Source: a virus
Taxonomy: Duplodnaviria > Caudoviricetes
Direction: 5' to 3' (one strand)
IMG/VR virus record: IMGVR_UViG_3300005323_000369
Location: 1-43,245 of that record
DNA length: 43,245 bases
Position 1 is the first letter of the stretch; every line of letters begins with the position of its first letter. The notes beneath the pieces were generated by a model. That model worked only from the letters and a program-made list of their open reading frames with translations. It ran no database searches and was not told the DNA's origin. The translations under genes were made by a program, and so were the position numbers. Below, piece by piece: positions 8,736 to 17,251 of the stretch.

Positions 8736-8792
8736 ATAATCCTGCCCAAAAATCTATCATACTCTCCCGCCATCGATTTCTGGAAGTGAAAG

Positions 8793-10301
8793 ATGTCTAA
8801 GAAAGTAATCAAGGCCGGCAAGCAGAGCGCACTCCCTGGCAGCCAGTATCCAAAATTCACCCAGAGCCCCCGGGCCCTGGTGCGCCAGGAGCTGGGTCGC
8901 TCAGGTTTAACATATTTTCTTCCAGGATATATCCGCCGAGATAACCTCTCGGAGCTGCAGGGCCGGCACCTGTGGCTGCAGCTGGCCGAGATGGGCGACA
9001 ATGATGCCTATGTGGGAGCATCACTCAACGCCTATTCCATGTTCATCCGACGTGCCAAATGGCATGTGGATCCCGTGGATGATCGAAACAAGGAAAACGG
9101 CTCTCTGGAGCACCTGCAGACTAGCATAGACGACATGCAGCATTCCTGGCAGACCATCATAGCCGCGGCTGCAAAGCCGACCCTGCAATATGGGTTCGCC
9201 CCGTTTGAAAAGATCTTCAAAATCCGTCAGGGTGAGCAGGACGATGAACGCTACTCCTCAGAACATGACGATGGCGCAATAGGCTGGGCTAACCTGGCTT
9301 TCCGCAGCCCGGACACCATTCTCCATTGGGACTACGATCCCAGGGACGTTACAAGGCTATTGGGTCTCACGCAGCTTGCAGCCCCGGATTGGCGCATGCA
9401 GTTTATCCCGATCGAGAAGATCGTAAACCTGCGAGCTGATCCCGGGAAGGATAGCCCTGAGGGCCACTCCATCCTGCGCCCCGTCTGGAGGTCCTGGAGG
9501 ACGAAGAAGTACATGGAGGACTACAGGAACCAGGCCACCGAGATGGGAGGCACAGGTATCCCATGGGCCGAGGTTCCATCAGCAATCGCAAATGCGCCAG
9601 CCATGATGGCCGCTGTGCCGGAGGGAGAGAAGCCCAGCAAGACAGTCCTTGAAGCCATGGCGTCTTATAATTCCCTCGTGTCCACCATGGAGGTCATAGG
9701 ACTCGGGGAACAGAAATGGATTATTACCCCGCAGATGTGGGGTACAGATGGCCAGCCACAGATAAAGATTAGCTTCCTGCAGCCCTCACAGAATGCCGAT
9801 CTCCTGGGCCACATAACGACCACGATCGAGGCCGAGGCAAAAGCCATCCTGATTGCTACCATGACGGAGTTCCAGGCCCTGGGAATGGGAGGCACCGGAA
9901 GCTTGGCTCTCTCTAGGGATAAGACCGACAATTTCACCCTGGCCGTGGCGGCGACACTCACTAGCTTCCAGGAGTCCATCAATGCCCAGGCAGTCAAGCA
10001 GCTATTCAGGCTCAATCCACAGATCGAGTTCGAGCGTGGCCAGCCCAGGCCCCAAATTGTGTACGACCCGCTGGTACCGCTCTCCATATCAGATGTCGTT
10101 GCCTTCCTGAGCCTCTTCGAGAAGGCCGGCTGGGATCTCTCCAAACAGGCCGGCATAAGGGATGCCCTCATCGACAACCTGGGCCTACCTAAATATATTG
10201 AACATGAGGTCGACGAGGAACTGGATGATCTGGGCGATTCGCCAATATCGGCGCTGCTGGATGGGGGAAGCGCGATGGATAAGATAATGGGTGCTGCATA
10301 A
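8793..10301 (+). CDS. Portal protein (DUF935 / Mu gp29-like)
   Basis: 502 aa after terL; ELGRSG, YGFAPFEKIF, SPEGHSILRPVWRSW, GSLALS motifs. Confidence 0.88.
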   Translation: MSKKVIKAGKQSALPGSQYPKFTQSPRALVRQELGRSGLTYFLPGYIRRDNLSELQGRHLWLQLAEMGDNDAYVGASLNAYSMFIRRAKWHVDPVDDRNKENGSLEHLQTSIDDMQHSWQTIIAAAAKPTLQYGFAPFEKIFKIRQGEQDDERYSSEHDDGAIGWANLAFRSPDTILHWDYDPRDVTRLLGLTQLAAPDWRMQFIPIEKIVNLRADPGKDSPEGHSILRPVWRSWRTKKYMEDYRNQATEMGGTGIPWAEVPSAIANAPAMMAAVPEGEKPSKTVLEAMASYNSLVSTMEVIGLGEQKWIITPQMWGTDGQPQIKISFLQPSQNADLLGHITTTIEAEAKAILIATMTEFQALGMGGTGSLALSRDKTDNFTLAVAATLTSFQESINAQAVKQLFRLNPQIEFERGQPRPQIVYDPLVPLSISDVVAFLSLFEKAGWDLSKQAGIRDALIDNLGLPKYIEHEVDEELDDLGDSPISALLDGGSAMDKIMGAA

Positions 10302-10603
10302 TGAATGAAATCGATAGAGCGAACCATATCGTCGAACCCAACGGAATGGTTGCCGAGATTACCTGCAGTAAAGATGGCTACATAAGGCATCTCTCGATCG
10401 CAGGTCACGGCCTCTACATTCTCCATAGGAGGGATGGAGCCACCACCCTGGGTCGGCAGGATGGCAGGACTATCCAGATACGAGAAGAGGACCTCAGAGT
10501 GATTAACCAAGCCCTAGAGAAGTACAGCCGCTTCAAACATTCAGATGCAGAATTCTTCAAGTTCACAGATTCCCTATTTGAGCAGTTCGAAGCGCTACCA
10601 TGA
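10301..10603 (+). CDS. Hypothetical protein
   Basis: 100-aa coupled ORF between portal and minor capsid genes. Confidence 0.6.
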   Translation: MNEIDRANHIVEPNGMVAEITCSKDGYIRHLSIAGHGLYILHRRDGATTLGRQDGRTIQIREEDLRVINQALEKYSRFKHSDAEFFKFTDSLFEQFEALP

Positions 10604-11568
10604 ATCAAGAGTTGTTGGATCTCATCCGGTCCACAGGATACCTCAGCGATGCTGATCATCTCACCGACCAGCAGCGATACGATCTCCTCACCCGCTCCTT
10701 CTGGCGGCGTGCAGCCGCGCTCGGCTATAACATCCCTCTCCTGAAGCGCAAGCTCTGGAAAGCAGCCGGTCGGCCCGAGGAGGCCCTGATAGGCATGCTT
10801 CCCGAGGCCCGGATCCAGAAGGCGGTCCGGGTCGCCTCAAAGGAAAAGGACCCCAAGAAGCGCATCAAGGAGACTGCCGCTTCGATCGCCCTGCTCTACC
10901 AGCGGGGGCAGAGAGATATCCAGTCCTCCATCAGCCGCAACCTGGAGAACCCTGACCGAATGCGTGCCGAGACGCAGAGCACAAGGCGCATATTGCTGGC
11001 CAATGCCGCTTCGTGGCTCGGAGTGGCCGTTCCGGGACTTTACCTGGCCGGATCCCAGGTGAGCAGCCTGCAGGGCCCACATGCTGCTGCAGCAAAGGCC
11101 CTGGCCATACAGGAACTCAACCGCTTCAAAGAGGTTGATGCCACGATAGGCAGGCATGTCGAGGAAGTCATAGGGGAAGCAGAAAAACGCAGGGCAAAGG
11201 CGCAGCTCTCACATGCGGCGGTGGACTACACTGGGCTTAGGGGTCGTGTCATAGGCCACAAGACCATCGACGGCAAGGATCTATCACTGGCCGATTATGT
11301 GAGGATGGTGGCGGTCACGGCTGCCAGGAACTTCTGGAACCAGGGAACCGAGAACGGCATCATGGGCAGAGGAAACGACCTGGCCCTGATATCCAGGGAA
11401 GTGCGGGCGAATAGCTGCCAGGCCTGCAGACGATGGGCCGGGAAGATCGTGAGCGTGAGGGGCAAAACCCCGGGCTATCCTCTGTGGGAAGATGCCATCG
11501 CCCAGGGCGTCACACACCCACATTGCATTCACTACCTTGTACCGGTGGAATATGAGGGATCGACATAG
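10600..11568 (+). CDS. Minor capsid / MuF-like head morphogenesis protein
   Basis: C-terminal CQACRRWAGKIVS...YP...GVTHPHCIH motif; post-portal position. Confidence 0.8.
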   Translation: MNQELLDLIRSTGYLSDADHLTDQQRYDLLTRSFWRRAAALGYNIPLLKRKLWKAAGRPEEALIGMLPEARIQKAVRVASKEKDPKKRIKETAASIALLYQRGQRDIQSSISRNLENPDRMRAETQSTRRILLANAASWLGVAVPGLYLAGSQVSSLQGPHAAAAKALAIQELNRFKEVDATIGRHVEEVIGEAEKRRAKAQLSHAAVDYTGLRGRVIGHKTIDGKDLSLADYVRMVAVTAARNFWNQGTENGIMGRGNDLALISREVRANSCQACRRWAGKIVSVRGKTPGYPLWEDAIAQGVTHPHCIHYLVPVEYEGST

Positions 11569-11750
11569 CTGCTAAAAAACAACCATTTCCAAAGGCCGTG
11601 CAGATAGGCGACCGTTGGGTGACGGCAGACCCGGATGCGTTTGTCATGATGCCAGGAATTCCCTTCTGGCTCTGGATGTTATTCTCCGTTTCTTTTGTAT
11701 CGTTTTGGGTTCTATTCAATTTGCTTTATTTTGGCGTGATAAAACCATGA
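11565..11750 (+). CDS. Small single-pass membrane protein (start ATA 11565 or GTG 11598)
   Basis: Frame encodes PGIPFWLWMLFSVSFVSFWVLFNLLYFGVIKP; stop overlaps next ATG. Confidence 0.45.
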   Translation: MAAKKQPFPKAVQIGDRWVTADPDAFVMMPGIPFWLWMLFSVSFVSFWVLFNLLYFGVIKP

Positions 11751-11860
11751 CCGACGAAGAGTACCAAGCCTATGTAGAGATGCTGTGCCGCAGCCGGGAC
11801 CTGGTGGACGAATGGGCAGAGCTGAAAGAACTCGGCCCGGATGCTGAACGATACTGTTAG
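11747..11860 (+). CDS. 37-aa acidic microprotein
   Basis: MTDEEYQAYVEMLCRSRDLVDEWAELKELGPDAERYC with ATGA overlap. Confidence 0.45.
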   Translation: MTDEEYQAYVEMLCRSRDLVDEWAELKELGPDAERYC

Positions 11861-11898
11861 ACTCATTCTGATCTGATTTTGTGGTGATTCATTTGATC

Positions 11899-13617
11899 AT
11901 GGCAGCTTCGGCGCTCGATCGGCTCAATATCCCGAAAGACAGCATTACTAAAAAGGGGCGCATAATGGCCCCTTCTGCCCTGGACCGTCTGAATATTCTC
12001 AAGGCCGCTGATCCCGTTAAGATCGAGCTCTCTGCCAGAGATTCGAACGGTCAGCTTGCAGAGCTTCTGAATTACATTCGCCACAACGGCAACGGTGGCC
12101 ATTCATTTGTTATTATTGTCGATCCCGATCTTAAAGAGAACACCAAGCGGTTTTCCTGGGATGGAGACGGCGGGGATCGCATAGAGGAAATTAAGGTCAA
12201 CGGAGAAGTCCTGAAAGTCCGAGACGCCCGGGGAAGATGTCACGATGACAAAGGCCACTTAATACCCTGCAGCGGTGGTGGAGCCCAGTCCACCTTAGAC
12301 AACAGGGGCCAGCGCAGCCTATCATCATTTGGAGGAAAGCCCATGGGAGCTGGCCAAAGTCCCGGATCCAAGACCCCATCGGCAGCCACGGATCAGACTG
12401 CCAAGCCAGAGCCCGAGGAGAAGCCGGCGGAGCAGGCTGCCGGAGCAGCAGACGAAATCAAGATCGAGCATGGCAAGGGCAAGCACACATTCTCTTCCAA
12501 AGATGGCAAGGCGTCCCTGCAGATCAAGACCGATTCCAAGGGCAACCTGGTGCTTGACAGTGCGAAACTGCCCAGAGATCCGGCCTCTGCCCTTGCCGTA
12601 CTGGAGAGCGCAATCAACTATGCACCGGTGCACGTCCCGGACAATGTTCTCAACGATCCGGCCCTGTTGGGGGCCATCCTTAATCTGAAGGCCAAGGGAT
12701 CGATAGTCGCCTACCAGGGCCACAAAGGCCGGAACTACGTTCTTCTGCAGGCAAAACCCAGGGACGGGGCAACAAACACCCCCGCATCTTCATACAGGCC
12801 TCCGACCAATCCACCTGCTGCACCCAAATCGGCCACATTCCGGGCCGCTAAGACCTCCCGGGAGGCGGAAAGCTGGGCGGCAGGCAATCTGCTCGATCCG
12901 AAAGAAGTCGAAAGATGGGATAAGTGGAATGAAGGCCCGAACCACCAGCAAATCAAGTACATCAACTACAGGGGAGTCGATGTAGAAGTAGCCAACGATA
13001 TCAACCGGCGCTTGCATGAAAATATAAAGGCTGGCTTGCCCAGGCCTACCAAGATCATCGCCCGGCCCATGAAGAAGGGCACCACCTGGGGGGCCCGGAT
13101 GTCCACCAGCGGCGAGCTGGAGATCAATTCCACAATAGCAGGCAGCTACGAGAAGCTGGTCAAGCAGGAAGATGCAAACAAGAAGCTCTATGGTGCCGAG
13201 GGCAAAGAGATGCTCAAGACGATCGCAGGGCACCAAGACCAGCTGGATGGCCGGGGCAAGATGCTGCTCAAGCAGCTACATACTCATGTGAAGTACAGCC
13301 GCGGCACGGTCGGGGCCAATCTCTCACCAAAGGAGCAGATGGCCACCACAATTGACCACGAACTCGCCCATTTATTCGCATCTCGATATGGCAAAGACGA
13401 CGAGGCCAAACGCAAAGAGTTCCATACCGAGATGCACGAGATGGTCCGTGCCACACGAGAGAGTGACTACAGGTACAAACTCTCTCACTACGGCGGCGAG
13501 GGTCCGCACCCTGAAGAATGCTATGCCGAGGCATTCAGTGCATACCGGCTGGGTGAGAAAGACAATCTGCACCCCCTGGCTCTGAAGTTTTTCAAGAAAT
13601 ATTTTCCGGGGATTTGA
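11899..13617 (+). CDS. Multidomain head-associated protein with C-terminal zincin metallopeptidase domain (start may be TTG 11893)
   Basis: TIDHELAH (HExxH) with downstream SHYG...EECYAEAFSAY; low-complexity linkers; located in head module. Confidence 0.75.
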   Translation: MAASALDRLNIPKDSITKKGRIMAPSALDRLNILKAADPVKIELSARDSNGQLAELLNYIRHNGNGGHSFVIIVDPDLKENTKRFSWDGDGGDRIEEIKVNGEVLKVRDARGRCHDDKGHLIPCSGGGAQSTLDNRGQRSLSSFGGKPMGAGQSPGSKTPSAATDQTAKPEPEEKPAEQAAGAADEIKIEHGKGKHTFSSKDGKASLQIKTDSKGNLVLDSAKLPRDPASALAVLESAINYAPVHVPDNVLNDPALLGAILNLKAKGSIVAYQGHKGRNYVLLQAKPRDGATNTPASSYRPPTNPPAAPKSATFRAAKTSREAESWAAGNLLDPKEVERWDKWNEGPNHQQIKYINYRGVDVEVANDINRRLHENIKAGLPRPTKIIARPMKKGTTWGARMSTSGELEINSTIAGSYEKLVKQEDANKKLYGAEGKEMLKTIAGHQDQLDGRGKMLLKQLHTHVKYSRGTVGANLSPKEQMATTIDHELAHLFASRYGKDDEAKRKEFHTEMHEMVRATRESDYRYKLSHYGGEGPHPEECYAEAFSAYRLGEKDNLHPLALKFFKKYFPGI

Positions 13618-14732
13618 AAATGGTAAGACCCATCGATACCGCAAACCTTCTGGATCAGCTGGAAGCACTGGCCGGACCCAAAAAATCCATCATGCCCAGC
13701 TCGGCGCTGGATCGGCTCAAGCATCTCGATTTTTCAAGTCTAAACAAATCCCTCGATTACGGTGACGTTCACGTCCCTCGATTAGTTGGTGATGATATGG
13801 AAGATAATGATGAAAGAAAAGACCATGAAGAAGGCGAGGATGACGACATCGGCAAAGCCTCCGATTCAGATTTTGTCCTCCAAGCCCTGAAGGATGAGAC
13901 GAAAGGGATGTCCTCCTATGACCAGGCTCTGCAGACCGTCCAGGACCCCAAACTCAAAGAGATCCTTGAGGCCATCAAGGAAGACGAAACCAAGCACAAT
14001 GCAGCCCTGGAGGCCTGGCTGAAGGATAACGATCCAGATGCTCTGGAGGGCCATGAAGGCGAGGAGATTCCGGGTGAGGAGTCCGAAGATGGAGATGGGG
14101 ATGGAGATGGAGATGAAGCTGCAGAAGGCCTGGACGAAGACGTTGATGAGCCTGGAGAAGAAGGCCTGGCAGATGATGACGAAGACACCGAGAAGGATGA
14201 TGAACCGAGTGGCGATAAGTCCGACCTCATAGACGACATTCGGGAGATCCTGGCACAGCATGAGGCTGGCGAGGCTGAGAAAGGCGAGGATGGGCCTGGT
14301 GAAGATGAGGACGACCTTGAGAAAGGCGATGGCGAGGGCGGCGAGGATGAGGAAGCCGAAAAGCGGTGCTCCAAGTCCATCCATGTGCCTATAATAAAAG
14401 GCGACCAGCAGATCGTCTACGGAGTCGTCTCAGAGCCTGACACGATCGACCTTCAGGGAGATCGCCTGAGCAAGGCCGAGATCGTGAAGGCCTGCCACAA
14501 GTTCATGATGGAGAGCCAGAAGATCGGCAAGGAGCATACGGAAGAGGCCCGGGCAGACATCATAGAGTCATACATCGCCCCGGTGGACTTCAAGTGCCAC
14601 GGCCAGATCGTGAAGGCTGGCTCCTGGGTTATGGCGGTCAAGGTTCATGATCCAGCACTCTGGAAGGCCATCAAGAAGGGAGAAATCACCGGTTTCTCCA
14701 TAGCCGGCAGAGGCGATAGAAAACCATTCTGA
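13614..14732 (+). CDS. Prohead protease, XkdF-like, with N-terminal ferritin-like half domain and acidic linker
   Basis: QIVYGVVSEPDTIDLQGD...KEH...IIESYIAP...GSWVMAVKV...WKAIKKGEITGFSIAG. Confidence 0.85.
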   Translation: MKMVRPIDTANLLDQLEALAGPKKSIMPSSALDRLKHLDFSSLNKSLDYGDVHVPRLVGDDMEDNDERKDHEEGEDDDIGKASDSDFVLQALKDETKGMSSYDQALQTVQDPKLKEILEAIKEDETKHNAALEAWLKDNDPDALEGHEGEEIPGEESEDGDGDGDGDEAAEGLDEDVDEPGEEGLADDDEDTEKDDEPSGDKSDLIDDIREILAQHEAGEAEKGEDGPGEDEDDLEKGDGEGGEDEEAEKRCSKSIHVPIIKGDQQIVYGVVSEPDTIDLQGDRLSKAEIVKACHKFMMESQKIGKEHTEEARADIIESYIAPVDFKCHGQIVKAGSWVMAVKVHDPALWKAIKKGEITGFSIAGRGDRKPF

Positions 14733-14772
14733 TTGTAGGACTATTCTTAAACAAATTTAGTGAGGTGGCCAC

Positions 14773-15426
14773 ATGCCCACGGATGATCGCAATGATCTAT
14801 TCAATCTCGAATTAGACGAAGTCTCGATGGTCGGCAAAGCGGCCAACGGGAAGAAGTTCTTGATATTCAAATCAATGAAAGGTGTGATGATGAATAAAGC
14901 CAAGCCCGCTGGGGCTGCCAGGGCCGGAGCCGGCGGGGCTCAGGCCACTGTGAGCAAGGCAGATATCCTTGACATCGTCAAGACGGCCATCGCTCCAATT
15001 GTAGAGGATAACAGGAAGCTCAGGAAGGACCTGCAGAAGCAGACCGCTGTCCTGAGGAAGAAGGACTATGTGGATATTGCAAAGTCCGAATTCAGCGAGC
15101 TGGCCACGCCTGAAGAGGGAGCCGAGATCCTCAAGTCCCTCGAAGGCCTGCCGTCCGAGGCAAGAAAGCCCATCCTGAAGGTCCTCAAGCAGGCAAATGC
15201 AGTCAGCAAGGAAGCCGGCAAGATGCTCTATCATCCGCTCGGCTCCAGCAGGCCTGCACCGGGAACGCCTGCAGATGTTTTTGAGGCTGCCGTCCAGGAA
15301 CGGATGAACCACATCCAGAAGTCCGATAATCCACCCAAGAACGCAATGGTGGCCCACGCTCTGGCTACCAAGTGGGTCGTAGAGAACAGGGACGATCTCT
15401 TCAAAGCAATCACAGGGGGTGAGTAG
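14773..15426 (+). CDS. Capsid scaffold protein with N-terminal protease-like strand
   Basis: LELDEVSMVGKAAN then helical/coiled-coil body; lies between protease and capsid genes. Confidence 0.7.
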   Translation: MPTDDRNDLFNLELDEVSMVGKAANGKKFLIFKSMKGVMMNKAKPAGAARAGAGGAQATVSKADILDIVKTAIAPIVEDNRKLRKDLQKQTAVLRKKDYVDIAKSEFSELATPEEGAEILKSLEGLPSEARKPILKVLKQANAVSKEAGKMLYHPLGSSRPAPGTPADVFEAAVQERMNHIQKSDNPPKNAMVAHALATKWVVENRDDLFKAITGGE

Positions 15427-15429
15427 ACA

Positions 15430-15864
15430 ATGGCTCTTGGCGTAAATCCTTATGAGATCTATTTCGGGCCGACAGATGTCCAGTCTTATGCACCCAACGC
15501 CGATCTGGAGGGGAGCTACCAGTGCTTCGTGAAGATCACGGGAGACAAGCAGGTTGGAGCAGTCACCCTGGCCACGAACTTCGCTCTGGGAGTGCTGATC
15601 AACAGACCAAACAATACAACCGGCCCCAGCCTGGAAGCCAAAGTGCAGACCCGGGGAACTGCAAAAGTCAAGACCGGTACAGGTGGCCTCGCCGCAAGTG
15701 AGCTTGTCACAATCGACAAGGATGGTCTGGGCGTAAAGCTCGATCCAGCTGTCGGAGGCGCTTATGCATACGGTCAGTGTGTCGTGGGTGCCGCTGTTGG
15801 CCTGGCTGCATCGGTAGTGCTGTTTGGGGCCCCGGTCTGGATACCCGAACCTGCGGGAGAGTGA
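15430..15864 (+). CDS. Capsid decoration/cement protein (DUF2190-like)
   Basis: 144-aa Gly/Ala/Val-rich beta protein immediately before the MCP; LGVL.N.P...A.V...G.AKV. Confidence 0.7.
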   Translation: MALGVNPYEIYFGPTDVQSYAPNADLEGSYQCFVKITGDKQVGAVTLATNFALGVLINRPNNTTGPSLEAKVQTRGTAKVKTGTGGLAASELVTIDKDGLGVKLDPAVGGAYAYGQCVVGAAVGLAASVVLFGAPVWIPEPAGE

Positions 15865-15871
15865 GGTTACA

Positions 15872-16951
15872 ATGGTAAATTTTCATAGTTTAGCTGGCTT
15901 TGCCGGTAAAGTGGTCAACCTGGGCCCTCAGACCGCCCATATCTGGAAAGGATTGGATTATGGTCAGATAATGGTGGCCCGGATCCAGGGCGACTACTCT
16001 CTGGCCTACAGGCAGGAGAAGTCCGACTTCATCGGAGATCAGTGGTTTCCGCTGGTGGATGCCAAGTTCATTTCGGGCCTCTATCCAAAGTGGAACCTGG
16101 GCATGTTCTTCAACGACTACGTGACCACCTGGCGGCCCGGCACCATGCCTGCCATGGGAGACGTCAATCTGGACGATCATGGCAAATTTGTCTGCCAGAG
16201 GTACGCATGCCAGATCCCACTCGCCGATGACATCCCCTACGTGGCCGATCCGGGAGTCGATCCCAAGTTCGCAACCACCGCGTTCCTGACAGACGTCATG
16301 GACCTGCACAAGGAGCGGGTCATAGCAAGCCAGTACTTCCAATCTTCCGACACGGGCGGCTCGAACGTATGGGGCACCAACTTAAATGGCGTCACATCCG
16401 GAGAGAACAACACCAGCACCTTCCGCAGGTTCGATGACTACATCGACTCCGATCCGAGGGGCTTCTTCAAAAATATCAAGCTGACCGTCAAGAGCAAGAC
16501 CGGCAAGACACCCAATTCTGCCGTTATGGGTGAGCAGGTTTACGAGGCCCTGAGAATCCATCCCCAGCTCATCCAGTGGTACCAGACAGGCGCAAACACC
16601 GTCCGGAGTATCACAGAGCTGAACGAGGAGGCTCTCGCCAAAGCCCTGGGCATTGACAGGATCCTGGTCGGCAAGGCCATGTATAACACCGCCAAGCCAG
16701 ACGACGACGTGGCTCTTGACTGGATCTTCGGCAAGCACATGTGGGTGGGATACATCGATACCCCTGGACCCATGAAGCCCCTGGCCGGCATGAATCTATC
16801 ATTCACCGAGCCCTTGGGAGGCTTCAACACGGCTTTCACCACCGTGCCGGACATGCTCACCCACGCCGAATACAACCAGGCATTCCAGTGCTACGCACCT
16901 GTCATCATGGGCGAAAAGCTGGGTGCCATACTGGCAAACGCGATCAGCTAG
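15872..16951 (+). CDS. Major capsid protein (HK97 fold)
   Basis: 359 aa; SLAYRQ..SDFIGDQWFP.V, SDP, G..PN..VMG..VY..L..HP, IFGKH motifs; GAGGT RBS. Confidence 0.85.
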   Translation: MVNFHSLAGFAGKVVNLGPQTAHIWKGLDYGQIMVARIQGDYSLAYRQEKSDFIGDQWFPLVDAKFISGLYPKWNLGMFFNDYVTTWRPGTMPAMGDVNLDDHGKFVCQRYACQIPLADDIPYVADPGVDPKFATTAFLTDVMDLHKERVIASQYFQSSDTGGSNVWGTNLNGVTSGENNTSTFRRFDDYIDSDPRGFFKNIKLTVKSKTGKTPNSAVMGEQVYEALRIHPQLIQWYQTGANTVRSITELNEEALAKALGIDRILVGKAMYNTAKPDDDVALDWIFGKHMWVGYIDTPGPMKPLAGMNLSFTEPLGGFNTAFTTVPDMLTHAEYNQAFQCYAPVIMGEKLGAILANAIS

Positions 16952-16966
16952 GCCCGAGGTGGATAA

Positions 16967-17251
16967 ATGTCAATGAAAGAAAAGGAGCTGCCCCTCAATT
17001 CAGGGCAGCAGGGAGAAGCTCCTCCAGTGGCCAAAGAGCCCAGGGCCCCTATGGGGGTCGGGGCTCCTCTCGCTCCCCAGGAGAGAGAATACGTCGTCCT
17101 AAACACGTTCTCGACATATGTTGAGGGCAAAAAAGTGTATTACCGGCGAGGTCAGATAATCCCGGAAAGCGTCACATCCCTCTGGCTTAACTTCCAGGCT
17201 CTGACCGGGACTTATATCACGGAACGAATCGGCAGGAGGGCCTCGACATGA
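16967..17251 (+). CDS. Small head-associated hypothetical protein
   Basis: GAGGTGG RBS; follows the MCP. Confidence 0.6.
   Translation: MSMKEKELPLNSGQQGEAPPVAKEPRAPMGVGAPLAPQEREYVVLNTFSTYVEGKKVYYRRGQIIPESVTSLWLNFQALTGTYITERIGRRAST

Noticed and set aside
14085-14120. GATGGA tandem repeat
   Set aside because: Simply encodes the Asp-Gly low-complexity linker of the protease
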